A DNA stretch of 64,000 nucleotides, from positions 258,910-322,909 of the forward strand of contig JACKHP010000002.1 of assembly GCA_020638905.1 (NCBI GenBank). The letters run 5' to 3'. This DNA is from Planctomycetota bacterium (GTDB lineage: Bacteria; Planctomycetota; B15-G4). Below, piece by piece: positions 34,858 through 46,729 of the stretch. Below the pieces are notes generated by a model, which saw only the letters and a program-made list of their open reading frames with translations, was not told where the DNA came from and made no database searches. Numbering within the stretch: the stretch's first letter is position 1; each line of letters opens with the position of its first letter. The position numbers and the translations under genes were made by a program.

Positions 34858-36525
34858 ATGTCCCCGGACGAGTCCTCCAACCTGCCGTGGATCGTACGGT
34901 CACGACGCCGCCTCGCGCTCGTGCTGCTGGTCGCGCTCGCGCTGCCCGTGGGCACGTTCACCGCGGCCGTCGAGATCCAGGCGCACGACACGCTCGAGGC
35001 CCAGGCCGTCGACGCCAACGGCAACTCGGCCCGGCTCGCGGCCGAGGTCGTCGACGCGCTCTTCGAGGGATTTCAGCGCTTCGTGGAGTCGCAGGCCGCG
35101 AGAGAGGCGCTGCACGGCGCGCTGCAGGCCGGCGACGCCGACGCCGTGCGCGAACTGCTGCACGCCTTCGTGGAGACGAACCCGGCCTTCGACCGCGTCT
35201 TCGTCACGTCCCCCGAGGGCGTCGAGCTCTACGACTGGCCGCACGACCCCCAGGTCATCGGCAAGAGCTTCGCCGACCGCGACTGGTACCGGGGCGTGTC
35301 GTCCCGCGGCGCGACCTACGTGTCCGAGGTCTACCGGCGCGCTGCCGCTCCGCGTTGGGACATCATCGCGGTGACGACGCCGATCGTCGGCGACGACGGC
35401 CTGCTCGGCTACCTCGTCGCGCAGTACACGATGCACGAACTCGCGCAGCGCCTCGCCGACAGCGCGCCGGGCGTGGACGGCGCAATCACGTTGGTCGACC
35501 AGCACGGGCACGCCGCCGTCGCGCGCGAGCGCTTCGACGAGGGTGACACGATCCATCCGCTGCCGGACGCGCTCGCGACGCGGCTGCTCTCGGGAGAGCA
35601 GGGCTCGTTCACCGACGCAGACCCCGCCGACGGACGCGAGCGCTTCGTCGGCTACGCGCCCGTGGAGTCGCTCGGCTGGGCGGTCATGGCCGCCCAGCCG
35701 GTCGACGTCGTGCTCGCGCCGGCCTACGCGCTGAAACGCGCGATCCTCACCATGGCCGTGCCGTGCGCGGCGCTCGTGTTCGTCGTCGCGTTCCTCGCCT
35801 TCGCGCACGTGCGTCGGCACCACATGGCCGCGCTCGCGCTCCAGGACCTCAAGGACCGCCTGACCGGCATGCTGGTCCACGACCTGCGCAGCCCGCTCAC
35901 CACGACGCGGCTCACGCTCGACATGCTGGCCGACGATCCGCAGCTCTCTTCCGACGCGCACGAGCAGTTGCGGCAGGCCGACGGGTCGTTGCAGCGTGTG
36001 CTCGCGCTCACCGACAACCTCGTCGACGTGATGCGCATGGAGGCCGGCGCGCTCGAGCTCCACCGCACGTCGATCGACGTGGCAGCCCTGGCGCGGCGCA
36101 CGGTCGACGCGTTCCGTCCGCTGGCGATGGCCGGGAACGTCGACCTCGGTGCGTCGGCGCCCTCGGCCCCGTACGAAGCCGAGGTCGACGGCTCGCTCGT
36201 GGCGCGCGTGCTCGAGAACCTCGTCTCGAACGCGATCAAGCACACGCCTCCCGGCGGACGGGTCGAGGTGCGAGTCGCGCCCCGTCCCGCGGGCGAATGC
36301 GAACTCGCCGTGACCGACACCGGCGAAGGCATCCCACCCGAGGAGATCCCGCGGTTGTTCCAGCGCTTCGGACGCGCGCGCGGACAGACCTTCCGCCAGG
36401 CGCGCGACGCGGGGCTCGGCCTCGTGTTCTGCCGCATGGCCGTCGAACTCCACGGCGGGACGATCGACGTGCGCAGCGCGCCGCGCGAGGGGAGCACGTT
36501 CCGGGTGCTGCTGCCCGTGCGCTGA
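34858..36525 (+). CDS. sensor histidine kinase (periplasmic Cache-like sensor, HisKA, HATPase_c)
   Basis: ATG 34858. TM helix LALVLLVALALPVG. H-box LVHDLRSPLTT, N-box LVSNAIKHTP, then DTGEGIPPEE and GLGLVFCR. Divergent from the receiver gene at 34692. Confidence 0.88.
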   Translation: MSPDESSNLPWIVRSRRRLALVLLVALALPVGTFTAAVEIQAHDTLEAQAVDANGNSARLAAEVVDALFEGFQRFVESQAAREALHGALQAGDADAVRELLHAFVETNPAFDRVFVTSPEGVELYDWPHDPQVIGKSFADRDWYRGVSSRGATYVSEVYRRAAAPRWDIIAVTTPIVGDDGLLGYLVAQYTMHELAQRLADSAPGVDGAITLVDQHGHAAVARERFDEGDTIHPLPDALATRLLSGEQGSFTDADPADGRERFVGYAPVESLGWAVMAAQPVDVVLAPAYALKRAILTMAVPCAALVFVVAFLAFAHVRRHHMAALALQDLKDRLTGMLVHDLRSPLTTTRLTLDMLADDPQLSSDAHEQLRQADGSLQRVLALTDNLVDVMRMEAGALELHRTSIDVAALARRTVDAFRPLAMAGNVDLGASAPSAPYEAEVDGSLVARVLENLVSNAIKHTPPGGRVEVRVAPRPAGECELAVTDTGEGIPPEEIPRLFQRFGRARGQTFRQARDAGLGLVFCRMAVELHGGTIDVRSAPREGSTFRVLLPVR

Positions 36526-36584
36526 GGGCCCGGCGTCGGGCACGATCACGATCGGCTCCCCCGGAGCCTGCGAACGCCGGGCCC
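36526..36584. terminator. nested GC-rich hairpin directly after the kinase stop, between convergent genes
   Basis: Outer stem GGGCCCGGCGT/ACGCCGGGCCC (36526-36536 pairs with 36574-36584). Inner stem GGCTCC/GGAGCC (36554-36568). Confidence 0.4.
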
Positions 36585-36611
36585 GCGTGTCGACCGCGTC
36601 CCGCCGACGCG

Positions 36612-37694
36612 TCAAGGGAACGCGACGGGGAAGTGGTTGTCCTCGTAGGTGTTGTCGCCGGCGCCGGACGTGTCGAACAGGTCGAAGAAGACGCTCTTCG
36701 TGGCGCGGTTGCCGATCAGCACGTGCCCCACGCCCTCGACCTCGAAGCCGTCGTCGCCGGCGTGCGAGACGCGGTTGTCCTCGACGAGGCAGCCGTCGCA
36801 CTCGAGGTCGATGCCGTCGCTGCCGGGGGACGTGATGCGGTTGCGCAGGAAGTTGCAGCCGTCGGCCTGGCTGAGCAGGCCGTCGAGTCCGGGCTTCACG
36901 AAGCGGTTGTCCTCGAACGTGTGCGCCGAACCCGCGGCGGCGGCCGCATGGCCGGACGCGTATCGCACGACGTTGCGCTCGAAGTGCTGTCCCGTGCCGT
37001 AGGCGAGCAGTCCGTCGTCGCCGCACGCGAGCACGCGGTTGCGCACGAAGACGTCGTCGGACCCCTGTCCCACCGAGTCGACCTGCAGGCCGTCGTCGCC
37101 GCAGGCGCGCACCGTCGTGCGCTCGACGCGGTTGCCGTCGCCGTGCACGATCACGCCGTCCCCGGCGGGGTGGTCGACGAGGCAGCGCAGCACGAGCGAG
37201 TCGTGCACCGCGGGACCGAGTCCGGCCGCGAGACTGATGCCGTCGGCGCCCGCGTCGTCGACACGGCAGCGCTCGATCACGACGCCCGTGGCGTCGTCGA
37301 CGCGGATGCCGTCGTCGCCGCTGCGCGTCACCCGGCAGCGGAAGAGCGTCACGTCGCTGCAGCCGTCGACGAGCACGCCGCGCAGGCCGGCGTCCTCGAC
37401 GCGCAGCTTCTCGAGCCGCACGCCCGTCGAGTCGACGACGACGATGCCGTCGTCGAACGCCCCGGGACGCACGACGACCTTGCCCTTGGCGCGCAGCGTG
37501 ACGTCGACGAGGCCGTCGAGCACGAGCGACTCGACGTAGGTCCCCGACTTGACCACGATCGTGGTGCCGGGCGTGGCGAGATCGATCGCCGCCTGGATCG
37601 TGGGCATGCCGGGCCCCGGCACGACGAGGATCTGCGATGCGTCCGGCGCTGCAGCCGGGAGGACGGAGAGCAGGGCGAGGGCGAGGACGTTCAC
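36612..37694 (-). CDS. secreted right-handed parallel beta-helix repeat protein (pectin-lyase fold, NosD-like)
   Basis: GTG 37694. Signal VNVLALALLSVLPAAAP. About 12 repeats of the type ..N.V..C.V...GDDGI.V... Confidence 0.75.
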   Translation of the reverse strand: MNVLALALLSVLPAAAPDASQILVVPGPGMPTIQAAIDLATPGTTIVVKSGTYVESLVLDGLVDVTLRAKGKVVVRPGAFDDGIVVVDSTGVRLEKLRVEDAGLRGVLVDGCSDVTLFRCRVTRSGDDGIRVDDATGVVIERCRVDDAGADGISLAAGLGPAVHDSLVLRCLVDHPAGDGVIVHGDGNRVERTTVRACGDDGLQVDSVGQGSDDVFVRNRVLACGDDGLLAYGTGQHFERNVVRYASGHAAAAAGSAHTFEDNRFVKPGLDGLLSQADGCNFLRNRITSPGSDGIDLECDGCLVEDNRVSHAGDDGFEVEGVGHVLIGNRATKSVFFDLFDTSGAGDNTYEDNHFPVAFP

Positions 37695-37931
37695 GGTCGG
37701 ACTCCGGATGCGGGGCGGGTGGGAGGCGAAGGCGTGCAGATCCGGATCGGCGGCGGAAGGTCTCACGTCCACCGCGGGCCTTCGGGTCGCGTGGACGCCG
37801 ACGTCCTCGCGCGGTGCGCGCCTTGCGCCTCGCGCGGCTGGACCGGATGATCCGCGGTTCCGCCCGCGAGGCGTCGCCGCGCCATCCGCCGGACGCCGCG
37901 CGTCGCCGTCCCCCACCCCGCTCGAACCGCC

Positions 37932-39767
37932 ATGATCTCCGTCCAGGGCCTCAGCAAGTCGTACGGCGAGCAGGTGCTCTTCGACGACGCGTCGTTCGTG
38001 ATGACGCCCGGCGAGCGGCTGGGACTCATCGGCCGCAACGGCTACGGCAAGTCGACGCTGTTCCGCATCCTGCTCGGCGAGGAGCACGAGGACGACGGCA
38101 GCATCGTGCTGCCCAAGCAGTACAGGATCGGGCATCTCAGCCAGCACCTGCGCTTCGACGAGCCGACCATCCTCGACGAGGTCTGCAAGGGGCTGAAGCA
38201 CCGTGAGCACGAGGCGTACCGCGCCGAAGCCGCGCTCATGGGCCTGGGCTTCACGCGCGACGACCTGCTGCGCCACGCGCACCACTTCTCGGGCGGGTAC
38301 CAGATCCGCGTCAACCTCGCGCGCGTGCTCGTCGAGGAGCCGAACCTGCTGCTGCTCGACGAGCCCACGAACTACCTCGACATCACCTCGGTGCGCTGGC
38401 TCACGCGCTTCCTGCGCGGCTGGCCGAACGAGATGATCCTGATCACCCACGACCGGGCCTTCATGGACTCGGTCTGCACGCACACGATGCTCGTGCACCG
38501 CAGCAAGCTGCGGCGCATGGAGGGCACGGTCGACAAGCTGCTCGAACAGGTCGCGACCGAAGAAGAGGTGTACGAGAACACGCGCCAGAACGAGGAGAAG
38601 AAGCGCAGGCAAGACGAACGCTTCATCGAACGCTTCCGCGCCAAGGCCTCGAAGGCGACGCTCGTCAAGTCGCGCCAGAAGCTGCTCGACAAGCGCGGCC
38701 GCATGGACGAGCTCGAGACCGAGCGCGACCTCGACTTCCGCTTCAACCCCGCGCCGTTCCACGCGACGGTGATGATGTCCGTCGACGACCTCGCGTTCGG
38801 CTTCGACGACGGTCCGCCGCTCATGGAGGGGCTCTCGTTCGCGCTCGAGAAGGGCGACCGCGTCGCGATCATCGGTCCCAACGGCAAGGGCAAGACGACG
38901 CTGCTCAACCTGCTCGCGGGCGAGCTGCAGCCGCGCGCCGGCACGATCAAGCTCAACCCGAACACGCAGATCGCGTACTTCGGCCAGACGAACATCGACC
39001 GGCTGCATCCGCAGAACACGGTCGAGGAGGAGATCCTGGCCGTGCAGCCCGACAACTCGCGCACCGTCGTGCGCACGCTGGCGGGCATGCTCATGTTCTC
39101 GGGCGACGCGGCGCTGAAGACGGTCTCGGTGCTGTCCGGCGGCGAACGCAGCCGCGTGCTGCTGGGCAAGCTGCTGGTCAGTCCCGCGAACCTGCTGCTG
39201 CTCGACGAGCCCACGAACCACCTCGACATGCCGTCGATCGAGGCGCTGCTCGACGCGGTCGACGCCTTCCCCGGCGCGGTGCTGCTCGTGACGCACAGCG
39301 AGATGATCCTCGAGCGGCTCGCCACGCGGCTGGTCGTGTTCGACGGCGGCAAGGCCACGCTCTTCGAGAGCGGCTACCGCGACTTCCTCGAGCGCGTCGG
39401 CTGGCGGAGCGAGTCCGACGAGGCGCCGCGCAAGCCGTCCGGCGGGCCGAAGCCCGTGGGAAAAGACCTGCGCAAGGCGCGCGCCGAGATCGTGGCCGCG
39501 CGCACCAAGGCCACCGCGGCGCTGAAGACGAAGGTCGACGTGATCGAGGCACGCATCGAGCGCCTCGAGCGCCAGATCGACGAACTCGACGAGGAGATGT
39601 CCGAGGCCGCCGCCGAGGGCCGCGCCGGCGACATCGGCAAGCTGGCCGCCGACGCGAAGAAGAAGCGCCTCGCCCTCGACGCCGACTGGGAACTGCTCGA
39701 GCGCGCGCAGGACGAACTCGACGTCGCGCGCGCCGAGTGGGACATCAAGCTGGGCGAGCTCGAGTAG
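37932..39767 (+). CDS. ABC-F family ATPase (two ABC cassettes, no TM domain)
   Basis: Walker A motifs GRNGYGKST and GPNGKGKTT. Signatures FSGGYQIR and LSGGERSR. Charged linker and C-terminal coiled coil. Confidence 0.92.
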   Translation: MISVQGLSKSYGEQVLFDDASFVMTPGERLGLIGRNGYGKSTLFRILLGEEHEDDGSIVLPKQYRIGHLSQHLRFDEPTILDEVCKGLKHREHEAYRAEAALMGLGFTRDDLLRHAHHFSGGYQIRVNLARVLVEEPNLLLLDEPTNYLDITSVRWLTRFLRGWPNEMILITHDRAFMDSVCTHTMLVHRSKLRRMEGTVDKLLEQVATEEEVYENTRQNEEKKRRQDERFIERFRAKASKATLVKSRQKLLDKRGRMDELETERDLDFRFNPAPFHATVMMSVDDLAFGFDDGPPLMEGLSFALEKGDRVAIIGPNGKGKTTLLNLLAGELQPRAGTIKLNPNTQIAYFGQTNIDRLHPQNTVEEEILAVQPDNSRTVVRTLAGMLMFSGDAALKTVSVLSGGERSRVLLGKLLVSPANLLLLDEPTNHLDMPSIEALLDAVDAFPGAVLLVTHSEMILERLATRLVVFDGGKATLFESGYRDFLERVGWRSESDEAPRKPSGGPKPVGKDLRKARAEIVAARTKATAALKTKVDVIEARIERLERQIDELDEEMSEAAAEGRAGDIGKLAADAKKKRLALDADWELLERAQDELDVARAEWDIKLGELE

Positions 39768-39787
39768 GCCGGCGCCGGACCCGCCGG

Positions 39788-40027
39788 TCAGCGCGCGCCG
39801 CGTTCCCGCCGGCGCAGGTCGGCGAGGTAGAGCCGCTCGACCTTGGTGCGCGCCCACGGCGTCCGGCGCAGGAACTTGAGCGTCGAGGCGATGCTCGGGT
39901 CGACCTTGAAGCAGCGGATGTCGATGCGCGCGGCGAGGTCGTCCCAGCCGCGGCGCTCGACGAGCTCGGTCACGAGCGCCTCGAGCGTTATGCCGTGCAG
40001 CGGGTTCTTCGGTTGCTCGTCGCTCAT
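39788..40027 (-). CDS. VF530/DUF2132-family small protein
   Basis: NPLHGITLEALVTELVERRGWDDLAARIDIRCFKVDPSIASTLKFLRRTPWARTKVERLYL matches my memory of the DUF2132 pattern. Lies 7 nt downstream of dbpA. Confidence 0.7.
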   Translation of the reverse strand: MSDEQPKNPLHGITLEALVTELVERRGWDDLAARIDIRCFKVDPSIASTLKFLRRTPWARTKVERLYLADLRRRERGAR

Positions 40028-40034
40028 GCGGACC

Positions 40035-41456
<1,422 letters not shown>

Positions 41457-41458
41457 CG

Positions 41459-43531
41459 TCAGCCGCCCCGCACCAGCTCGAGGAACTCGGCCTCGGTCAT
41501 GACCTGCACGCCCAGCTCGTTGGCCTTCTTGAGCTTGCTGCCGGGCTTGTCGCCCACCACGAGCACGTCGAGGTTGCTGCTCACGCCGGACAGCAGCTTG
41601 CCGCCGTGGGCCTTCACGAGCTCGTTCGCCTCGCGTCGCGAGAGCTCGGCGAGCGCGCCGGTGAACAGGAAGCTGCGTCCCGCGAGGACGCCCTCGCCGG
41701 CGCGCGCGACGACCGGCGCGGTCGGCGCGAGACCGAGCGCGAGCATGCGGTCGACGTCGGCCTGCTCGCGCTCGTCGGCCAGCCACCCGAGCAGGCTCTC
41801 GGCCACCGCGGGACCGATGGCGGCGACGTCTTGCAGCGCGTCGGCGGTCACGGCGCGCAGTGCGTCGAGCGACGTCCAGCGGTCGGCCACGAGCGCGGCG
41901 ACGGTCTCGCCCACGTGGCGGATGCCGAGCGCGTAGAGGAAGCGCGCGAAGCTGCGCGTCTTCGCCGCCTCGACGCCGTCGAGCACGTTCTGCGCCGAGA
42001 GCTCGCCCATGCGCGGCAGCGCGGCGAGCGCCTCCTTCTCGAGCGCGAACACGTCGGACAGGCGCCGGACGAGCCCCGTCTCGCACAGCGACTCGATGAG
42101 CTTCGATCCCATGCCCTCGATGTCGAGCGCGCCGCGCGAGACGAAGTGCTCGAGCCGCCGCTTGAACACCGCCGGACAGAGCGGGTTCGGGCAGCGCACG
42201 ACGACCTCTTCTTCGTCGTCGACGACGGGCGTCCCGCACACCGGGCAACGCTCCGGCATCGCGAACGGCTCGCCGTCGCCCGCCTCGGTGACCGCCACGA
42301 TCTTGGGGATCACGTCGCCCGCACGCTCGACGAGCACGCGCGCACCGACCTTCACGCCCAGGCGCTCGATCTCGTCCTTGTTGTGCAGCGTCACGTTCTC
42401 GACCGTCACGCCGCCCACGTACACGGGACGGATGACGGCCTTCGGCGTGAGCGCTCCGGTGCGTCCGACCTGGATCTCGATGCGCTCGACCACCGACGTG
42501 ACCTGCTGCGCCGGGAACTTGAACGCGATCGCCCAGCGCGGCGACTTGCTGCGCACGCCGAGGCGCCTCTGGAGCGCGAAGTCGTCGACCTTGATGACCG
42601 TCCCGTCGACGTCGAAGGGCAGCCCGTTGCGCTTCGCCTGCAGCGCATCGTAGTGCGCGAGGACGCTCTCGATGTCGCCCAGCGTGGCGAGCTCGCCCGA
42701 CGTCGGCAGTCCCCACGACGCGATCGTCGCGATCGCCTCGCCGTGGCTCGTCGCAGCGAAGCCCTCGGTGGCGCCGAAGCCGTACGCGACGAAGTCGAGC
42801 GGACGCTTCCGCACCTGCTGCGGGTCGAGCATCTTGAGCGTGCCCGACGCGAGGTTGCGCGGGTTCACGAACGGTTCCTCGCCGGCCGAATCGCGCTCGG
42901 CGTTCACCGCGCGGAAGCTGGCGTGGGTCATGATCACCTCGCCGCGCACCTCGAGCAGCGCCGGCGGCTTCTTCGTCTTCAGCCTGCGTGGCACCGACCG
43001 GATCGTGACCACGTTGTGCGTCACGTCGTCGCCGACCTTCCCGTCGCCGCGGGTCACGGCGCGCACGAGCTCACCCTGCTCGTAGACGATCTCGAGCGCC
43101 ACGCCGTCGAGCTTGGGCTCGATCGAGAATCGCAGCGGGTCGTCGCCGCCCAGGTACGCGGTGATCGACTCGAGCCATTCGAGCACCTCCTCGCGCGAGT
43201 AGGTGTTCGCGAGCGAGAGCATCGGCTGGCGATGCTCGACCGACACGAGGCCCTCGACGGGACGGCCGCCCACGCGTTGCGTCGGCGAGTCGGGCGACAG
43301 CAGCTCGGGATGCGCCGTCTCGACCGCCGCGAGCTCGCGCACGAGCGCGTCGTACTCGGCGTCGGAGATCTCCGGCGCGTCCTTCGCGTAGTAGAGGTCG
43401 TCGTGGCGCCGGATCTGCCGCGTGAGCTCGTCGACGCGGGCGCGCGCACGCTCGAGATCGTCGGACGACGGAGCCTCGGCCTCCGGTTGCTGCGCGGACC
43501 TGCCCGACCTGGACGCCTTCGACTTCGCCAT
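41459..43531 (-). CDS. ligA: NAD-dependent DNA ligase
   Basis: Adenylation motif IEPKLDGVAL. Zn-finger CPVCGTPVV..VRCPNPLCPA. HhH repeats. BRCT C-terminus (FLFTGAL...). ATG 43531, with an alternative GTG at 43540. Confidence 0.95.
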   Translation of the reverse strand: MAKSKASRSGRSAQQPEAEAPSSDDLERARARVDELTRQIRRHDDLYYAKDAPEISDAEYDALVRELAAVETAHPELLSPDSPTQRVGGRPVEGLVSVEHRQPMLSLANTYSREEVLEWLESITAYLGGDDPLRFSIEPKLDGVALEIVYEQGELVRAVTRGDGKVGDDVTHNVVTIRSVPRRLKTKKPPALLEVRGEVIMTHASFRAVNAERDSAGEEPFVNPRNLASGTLKMLDPQQVRKRPLDFVAYGFGATEGFAATSHGEAIATIASWGLPTSGELATLGDIESVLAHYDALQAKRNGLPFDVDGTVIKVDDFALQRRLGVRSKSPRWAIAFKFPAQQVTSVVERIEIQVGRTGALTPKAVIRPVYVGGVTVENVTLHNKDEIERLGVKVGARVLVERAGDVIPKIVAVTEAGDGEPFAMPERCPVCGTPVVDDEEEVVVRCPNPLCPAVFKRRLEHFVSRGALDIEGMGSKLIESLCETGLVRRLSDVFALEKEALAALPRMGELSAQNVLDGVEAAKTRSFARFLYALGIRHVGETVAALVADRWTSLDALRAVTADALQDVAAIGPAVAESLLGWLADEREQADVDRMLALGLAPTAPVVARAGEGVLAGRSFLFTGALAELSRREANELVKAHGGKLLSGVSSNLDVLVVGDKPGSKLKKANELGVQVMTEAEFLELVRGG

Positions 43532-43585
43532 GCCGCACACGATACCGGTCCGCCCGCGCGCGGGCGACGGGGGCGGGCCGGTGCG

Positions 43586-44065
43586 TCAGCCCTCGTCGCT
43601 CACCGTCATGAGCGGCGGGACGGTCGCGGTCACGATCCAACGGTGCTCGGCGACCTCGTTGCGCGGCACGACGGTGTACGTCGTCGAGCGATCGAGGGCC
43701 TCGACGTCCGTGATCCACAGGGACACGAAGCGCACGCGTCCGTCGGCCGAGGTGAGCCCGCCGGTTCCGGTCACGGCCTGGACCGGCGGATGGCCGGGCG
43801 CCTGGAGGGTGAACCGGCGGTCGGCCGCCGCGGTGAACGCCTTGAGCGCGGGGAAGCCGTCCCACTCGGCGACGTGGGCGAGCAACAGCACGCGCTCGCC
43901 GTCGAAGTGGCGGCGCAGGCCGGGTTGCAGGCGCGCGTCGTCGGACCAGACGAGCTCGTCGAGGGTCAGGCGCGCGGCGGCGACCGGCTCCGTCGCAGAC
44001 GGCGAGGACGCCGCGGGCGCGCTGCACCCCAGCGCGAGCAGGCAGGCGGCGAGCAGGAACTTCAT
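43586..44065 (-). CDS. hypothetical lipoprotein
   Basis: ATG 44065. MKFLLAACLLALGCSA contains a lipobox. No recognised domain. Confidence 0.65.
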   Translation of the reverse strand: MKFLLAACLLALGCSAPAASSPSATEPVAAARLTLDELVWSDDARLQPGLRRHFDGERVLLLAHVAEWDGFPALKAFTAAADRRFTLQAPGHPPVQAVTGTGGLTSADGRVRFVSLWITDVEALDRSTTYTVVPRNEVAEHRWIVTATVPPLMTVSDEG

Positions 44066-44192
44066 CGCGAGGGCTCCCGTTGCTGGACACGGCAGGCGTC
44101 CGGTCAGCCTATCCCGCGATCGGGCGGCGGTCACTTCGGAGCGGTGGGCGCACCCGCTTGCGCCTCGCAGAGCGCCGCGGCGGAGCGAGACC

Positions 44193-45419
44193 TCAGACGT
44201 CCCCCAACCACATCGCGTCGCCGTAGCTGAACAGGCGGAAGCCGGCAGCCACCGCGTGCGCGTAGGCGCGTCGGATCGTCTCGGCGCCGGCGAAGGCCGA
44301 GACGAGCACGAGCAACGTCGAGCGCGGCTGGTGGAAGTTCGTGAGCAGCGCGTCGACCGCGCGGAAGCGGTAGCCGGGTCGGATGAAGAGCCGCGTCGCG
44401 CCGGGCCCAGCGTGCAGCGTCCGTCCGTCGTCGGAGACGGCCGATTCGAGCGCGCGCACGCTCGTCGTTCCGACGGCGATCACGCGTCCTCCGCGGGCGC
44501 GCGTCGCCGCGTAGGCCTCGGCCACCGCGTCGGGGATCGCGTAGCGCTCCTCGTGCATGACGTGCTCGTCGAGCGTCTCGCCGCGCATCGGACGGAACGT
44601 GCCCTCTCCCACGTCGAGCCGCAGCCGCGCGACCTCGACGCCGCGCGCCCGGGCCGCGTCGAGCAGCGCCGGCGTGAGGTGCAGTCCCGCGGTGGGCGCG
44701 GCGGCCGCGGTGCCGAGGGGCGCTCCGGCCTCGCCGAACGCGTCCGGGTTCGCGCCGACGGGGTCGCGGGACGCACCCTCGCCGCCCGCCGCGGTCGGGC
44801 CGCGCGCGAACGTCGTCTGGTAGCGCTCGCGATCGAGGACGTCGCGCGGGTCGCCGTCCTCGGCACGCTCGATGTACGGCGGCAGCGGCATGCGTCCCGC
44901 GTCCGCCATGAGCGCGGGTACGTCGCGTCCGCGGACGACGGCGACGGCGAAGCGTCCCTCGCCGAGCACCGCCTCGACGCGCCACGTGTCGCCCTGGACG
45001 TCGAGCGTCTCGCCGGCGCCGATCGTCCCGCGCGTGCCGAGCAGCACCGTGGCGGCGCGCGCCGTCGCCGCGAGCACGAGCACCGAGACCTTGCCGCCCG
45101 TCGCAGTCCGGTGCGCCGCGAGCCGCGCCGGTGGCACCCAGGTCTCGTTGAGCACGAGCAGGTCGCCCGCACGCAGCACGCCGAGCAGATCGGGGATGCG
45201 CCCCTCGCGCAGGCCCGACGACGCCTCCGCGCCCGCCTCGGCGCTCGCATCCCCGCCGCCGCGCCCCTGCTCTCCGGCGTCGGTGTCGGCTCGCGCGCCG
45301 TCGGCGAACCCGCGCCGGACGAACAGCAGCCGAGCCTGCTCGCGCCGCGGCGCCGGCACCTGCGCCACCGCCTCGGGCGGGTGCTCGAAGTCGTACGACG
45401 CCACGCGCGAGGGATCCAT
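44193..45419 (-). CDS. queA: S-adenosylmethionine:tRNA ribosyltransferase-isomerase (with low-complexity insertions)
   Basis: YDFEHPPEAVAQ, LLVLNETWV, MPLPPYI, TAGLHLT and LLTNFHQPRSTLL. ATG 45419. Confidence 0.88.
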   Translation of the reverse strand: MDPSRVASYDFEHPPEAVAQVPAPRREQARLLFVRRGFADGARADTDAGEQGRGGGDASAEAGAEASSGLREGRIPDLLGVLRAGDLLVLNETWVPPARLAAHRTATGGKVSVLVLAATARAATVLLGTRGTIGAGETLDVQGDTWRVEAVLGEGRFAVAVVRGRDVPALMADAGRMPLPPYIERAEDGDPRDVLDRERYQTTFARGPTAAGGEGASRDPVGANPDAFGEAGAPLGTAAAAPTAGLHLTPALLDAARARGVEVARLRLDVGEGTFRPMRGETLDEHVMHEERYAIPDAVAEAYAATRARGGRVIAVGTTSVRALESAVSDDGRTLHAGPGATRLFIRPGYRFRAVDALLTNFHQPRSTLLVLVSAFAGAETIRRAYAHAVAAGFRLFSYGDAMWLGDV

Positions 45420-45491
45420 CGCTGACAGGATACGGACGGCCGTCGAACACGCACGCCCGCACCCGCGTGCCCGAACCCGAACCCGAACAAA

Positions 45492-45528
45492 GACGGGACC
45501 CCGCGGCCGTTCGCCGCGGGGTCCCGTC
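45492..45528 (-). terminator. rho-independent-type terminator
   Basis: Perfect 16-bp stem GACGGGACCCCGCGGC/GCCGCGGGGTCCCGTC with a 5-nt loop. On the minus strand it is followed by TTTGTTCGGG. Lies 200 nt downstream of the 45729..46322 gene. Confidence 0.6.
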
Positions 45529-45728
45529 ACCTCACCTCTTCGCGTGACGAACCATGCTGTGCGTCACTCCGGATCGCCGGGGTCCCGCCCGGCGCTCGGA
45601 TCGCTGACGCCCGGGGCGCTGCGGGATAACATCCCGTGCATCCATCCGCGGACGATCGCTCCGATCGGCGGACTCGACGACTGCGGTCGCCACGATCGGC
45701 GGCTCGTGCCCCCTCGCGCCGCGCCGAC

Positions 45729-46322
45729 TCATCCGTGGACGTCGGCGAGCAGGCGCTCGGCCACGCGGTTCGCCTCGCGCTCGCAACCCACGCGCACGAG
45801 CTGGCCGAGCCACGCCAGCCCCACGTCGAGGCCGTGCGGATCGAGCCGTGCGGCGAGTTCGAGGGCCTGCCCGGGCCGCTCCTCGCGCCCGAACGCCAGC
45901 ACGGCACGCGCCGCCAGCCACGTCGACGTCGGACAACCGGACGCGGTGCGCAGCCATGCCTCGGCGCGCAGCAGGTGCAGGCGCTCGACGTCGCGACGCC
46001 TCTCGGCCGGCGGACGCGGGTCCCGGCCGCGGCTCACGGCGAGCAGGTCGCGCGCCAGGCGCGCCGCGAGTTCGCCCGCCAGCGCGAGCCGCGCGCGGCG
46101 TTCGAGTTCGCGCGGCGGGACGCGCAGGTCGCGCGGCGCGACGTGCGCGTCGAGCCAGCGCCGCACGAGCGCCAGCTCGTCGACGAAGGCATCGCACTCG
46201 TCGCAGCCGCGCACGTGGCGCGCGAACTCCCGTCCACGCGCCCGCAGCCGCTCGCCCACCGCGAGCCGGCACAGCGCGTGCCTGACCTCGACGCAGGACG
46301 GACCCGTACGCACTTCATCCAT
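45729..46322 (-). CDS. zf-HC2 (anti-sigma-factor-like) protein
   Basis: ATG 46322. N-terminal C..(x)..H-x3-C-x2-C pattern (CVEVRHALCRL...ARHVRGCDECDAF), which is typical of putative-zinc-finger anti-sigma N-termini. No sigma factor gene is adjacent. Confidence 0.5.
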   Translation of the reverse strand: MDEVRTGPSCVEVRHALCRLAVGERLRARGREFARHVRGCDECDAFVDELALVRRWLDAHVAPRDLRVPPRELERRARLALAGELAARLARDLLAVSRGRDPRPPAERRRDVERLHLLRAEAWLRTASGCPTSTWLAARAVLAFGREERPGQALELAARLDPHGLDVGLAWLGQLVRVGCEREANRVAERLLADVHG

Positions 46323-46729
46323 GGTGCTCTGCTCCCTGGTGCTCGCCGTCGCCCTGCGACGGACGCGTCTGCCGGCGCCCGCCGAGATCGCGCCGGGGTC
46401 GACGCACCACTTGGCCCATGACCCGCACCGCGGCCCCGCGGCACGTCGTCGTCCGGTGAACGACCCCGTTGCAACCGGCGGCTGATGCCCGACGCGCACA
46501 CGGGATCACGCCGCAGCCAAGCGGGACGTTCGCCCCACGCGCGACGGACGGGCTCCCGGCGGCGCTGCGACGGGCATTGTGCGCTCGACAAGATCGTCGT
46601 CGACGCGGGCCTGCGGAGGCCCCGCCCGCCTGTCCGTCGGCGGGTCGCTCGGCTATCATCCGGCCGTCGGCCGCGCCCTGGAGCGCTTCGCTCCCCCATC
46701 GCTTCGCGCGGCACCGCAGGAGACCCCCG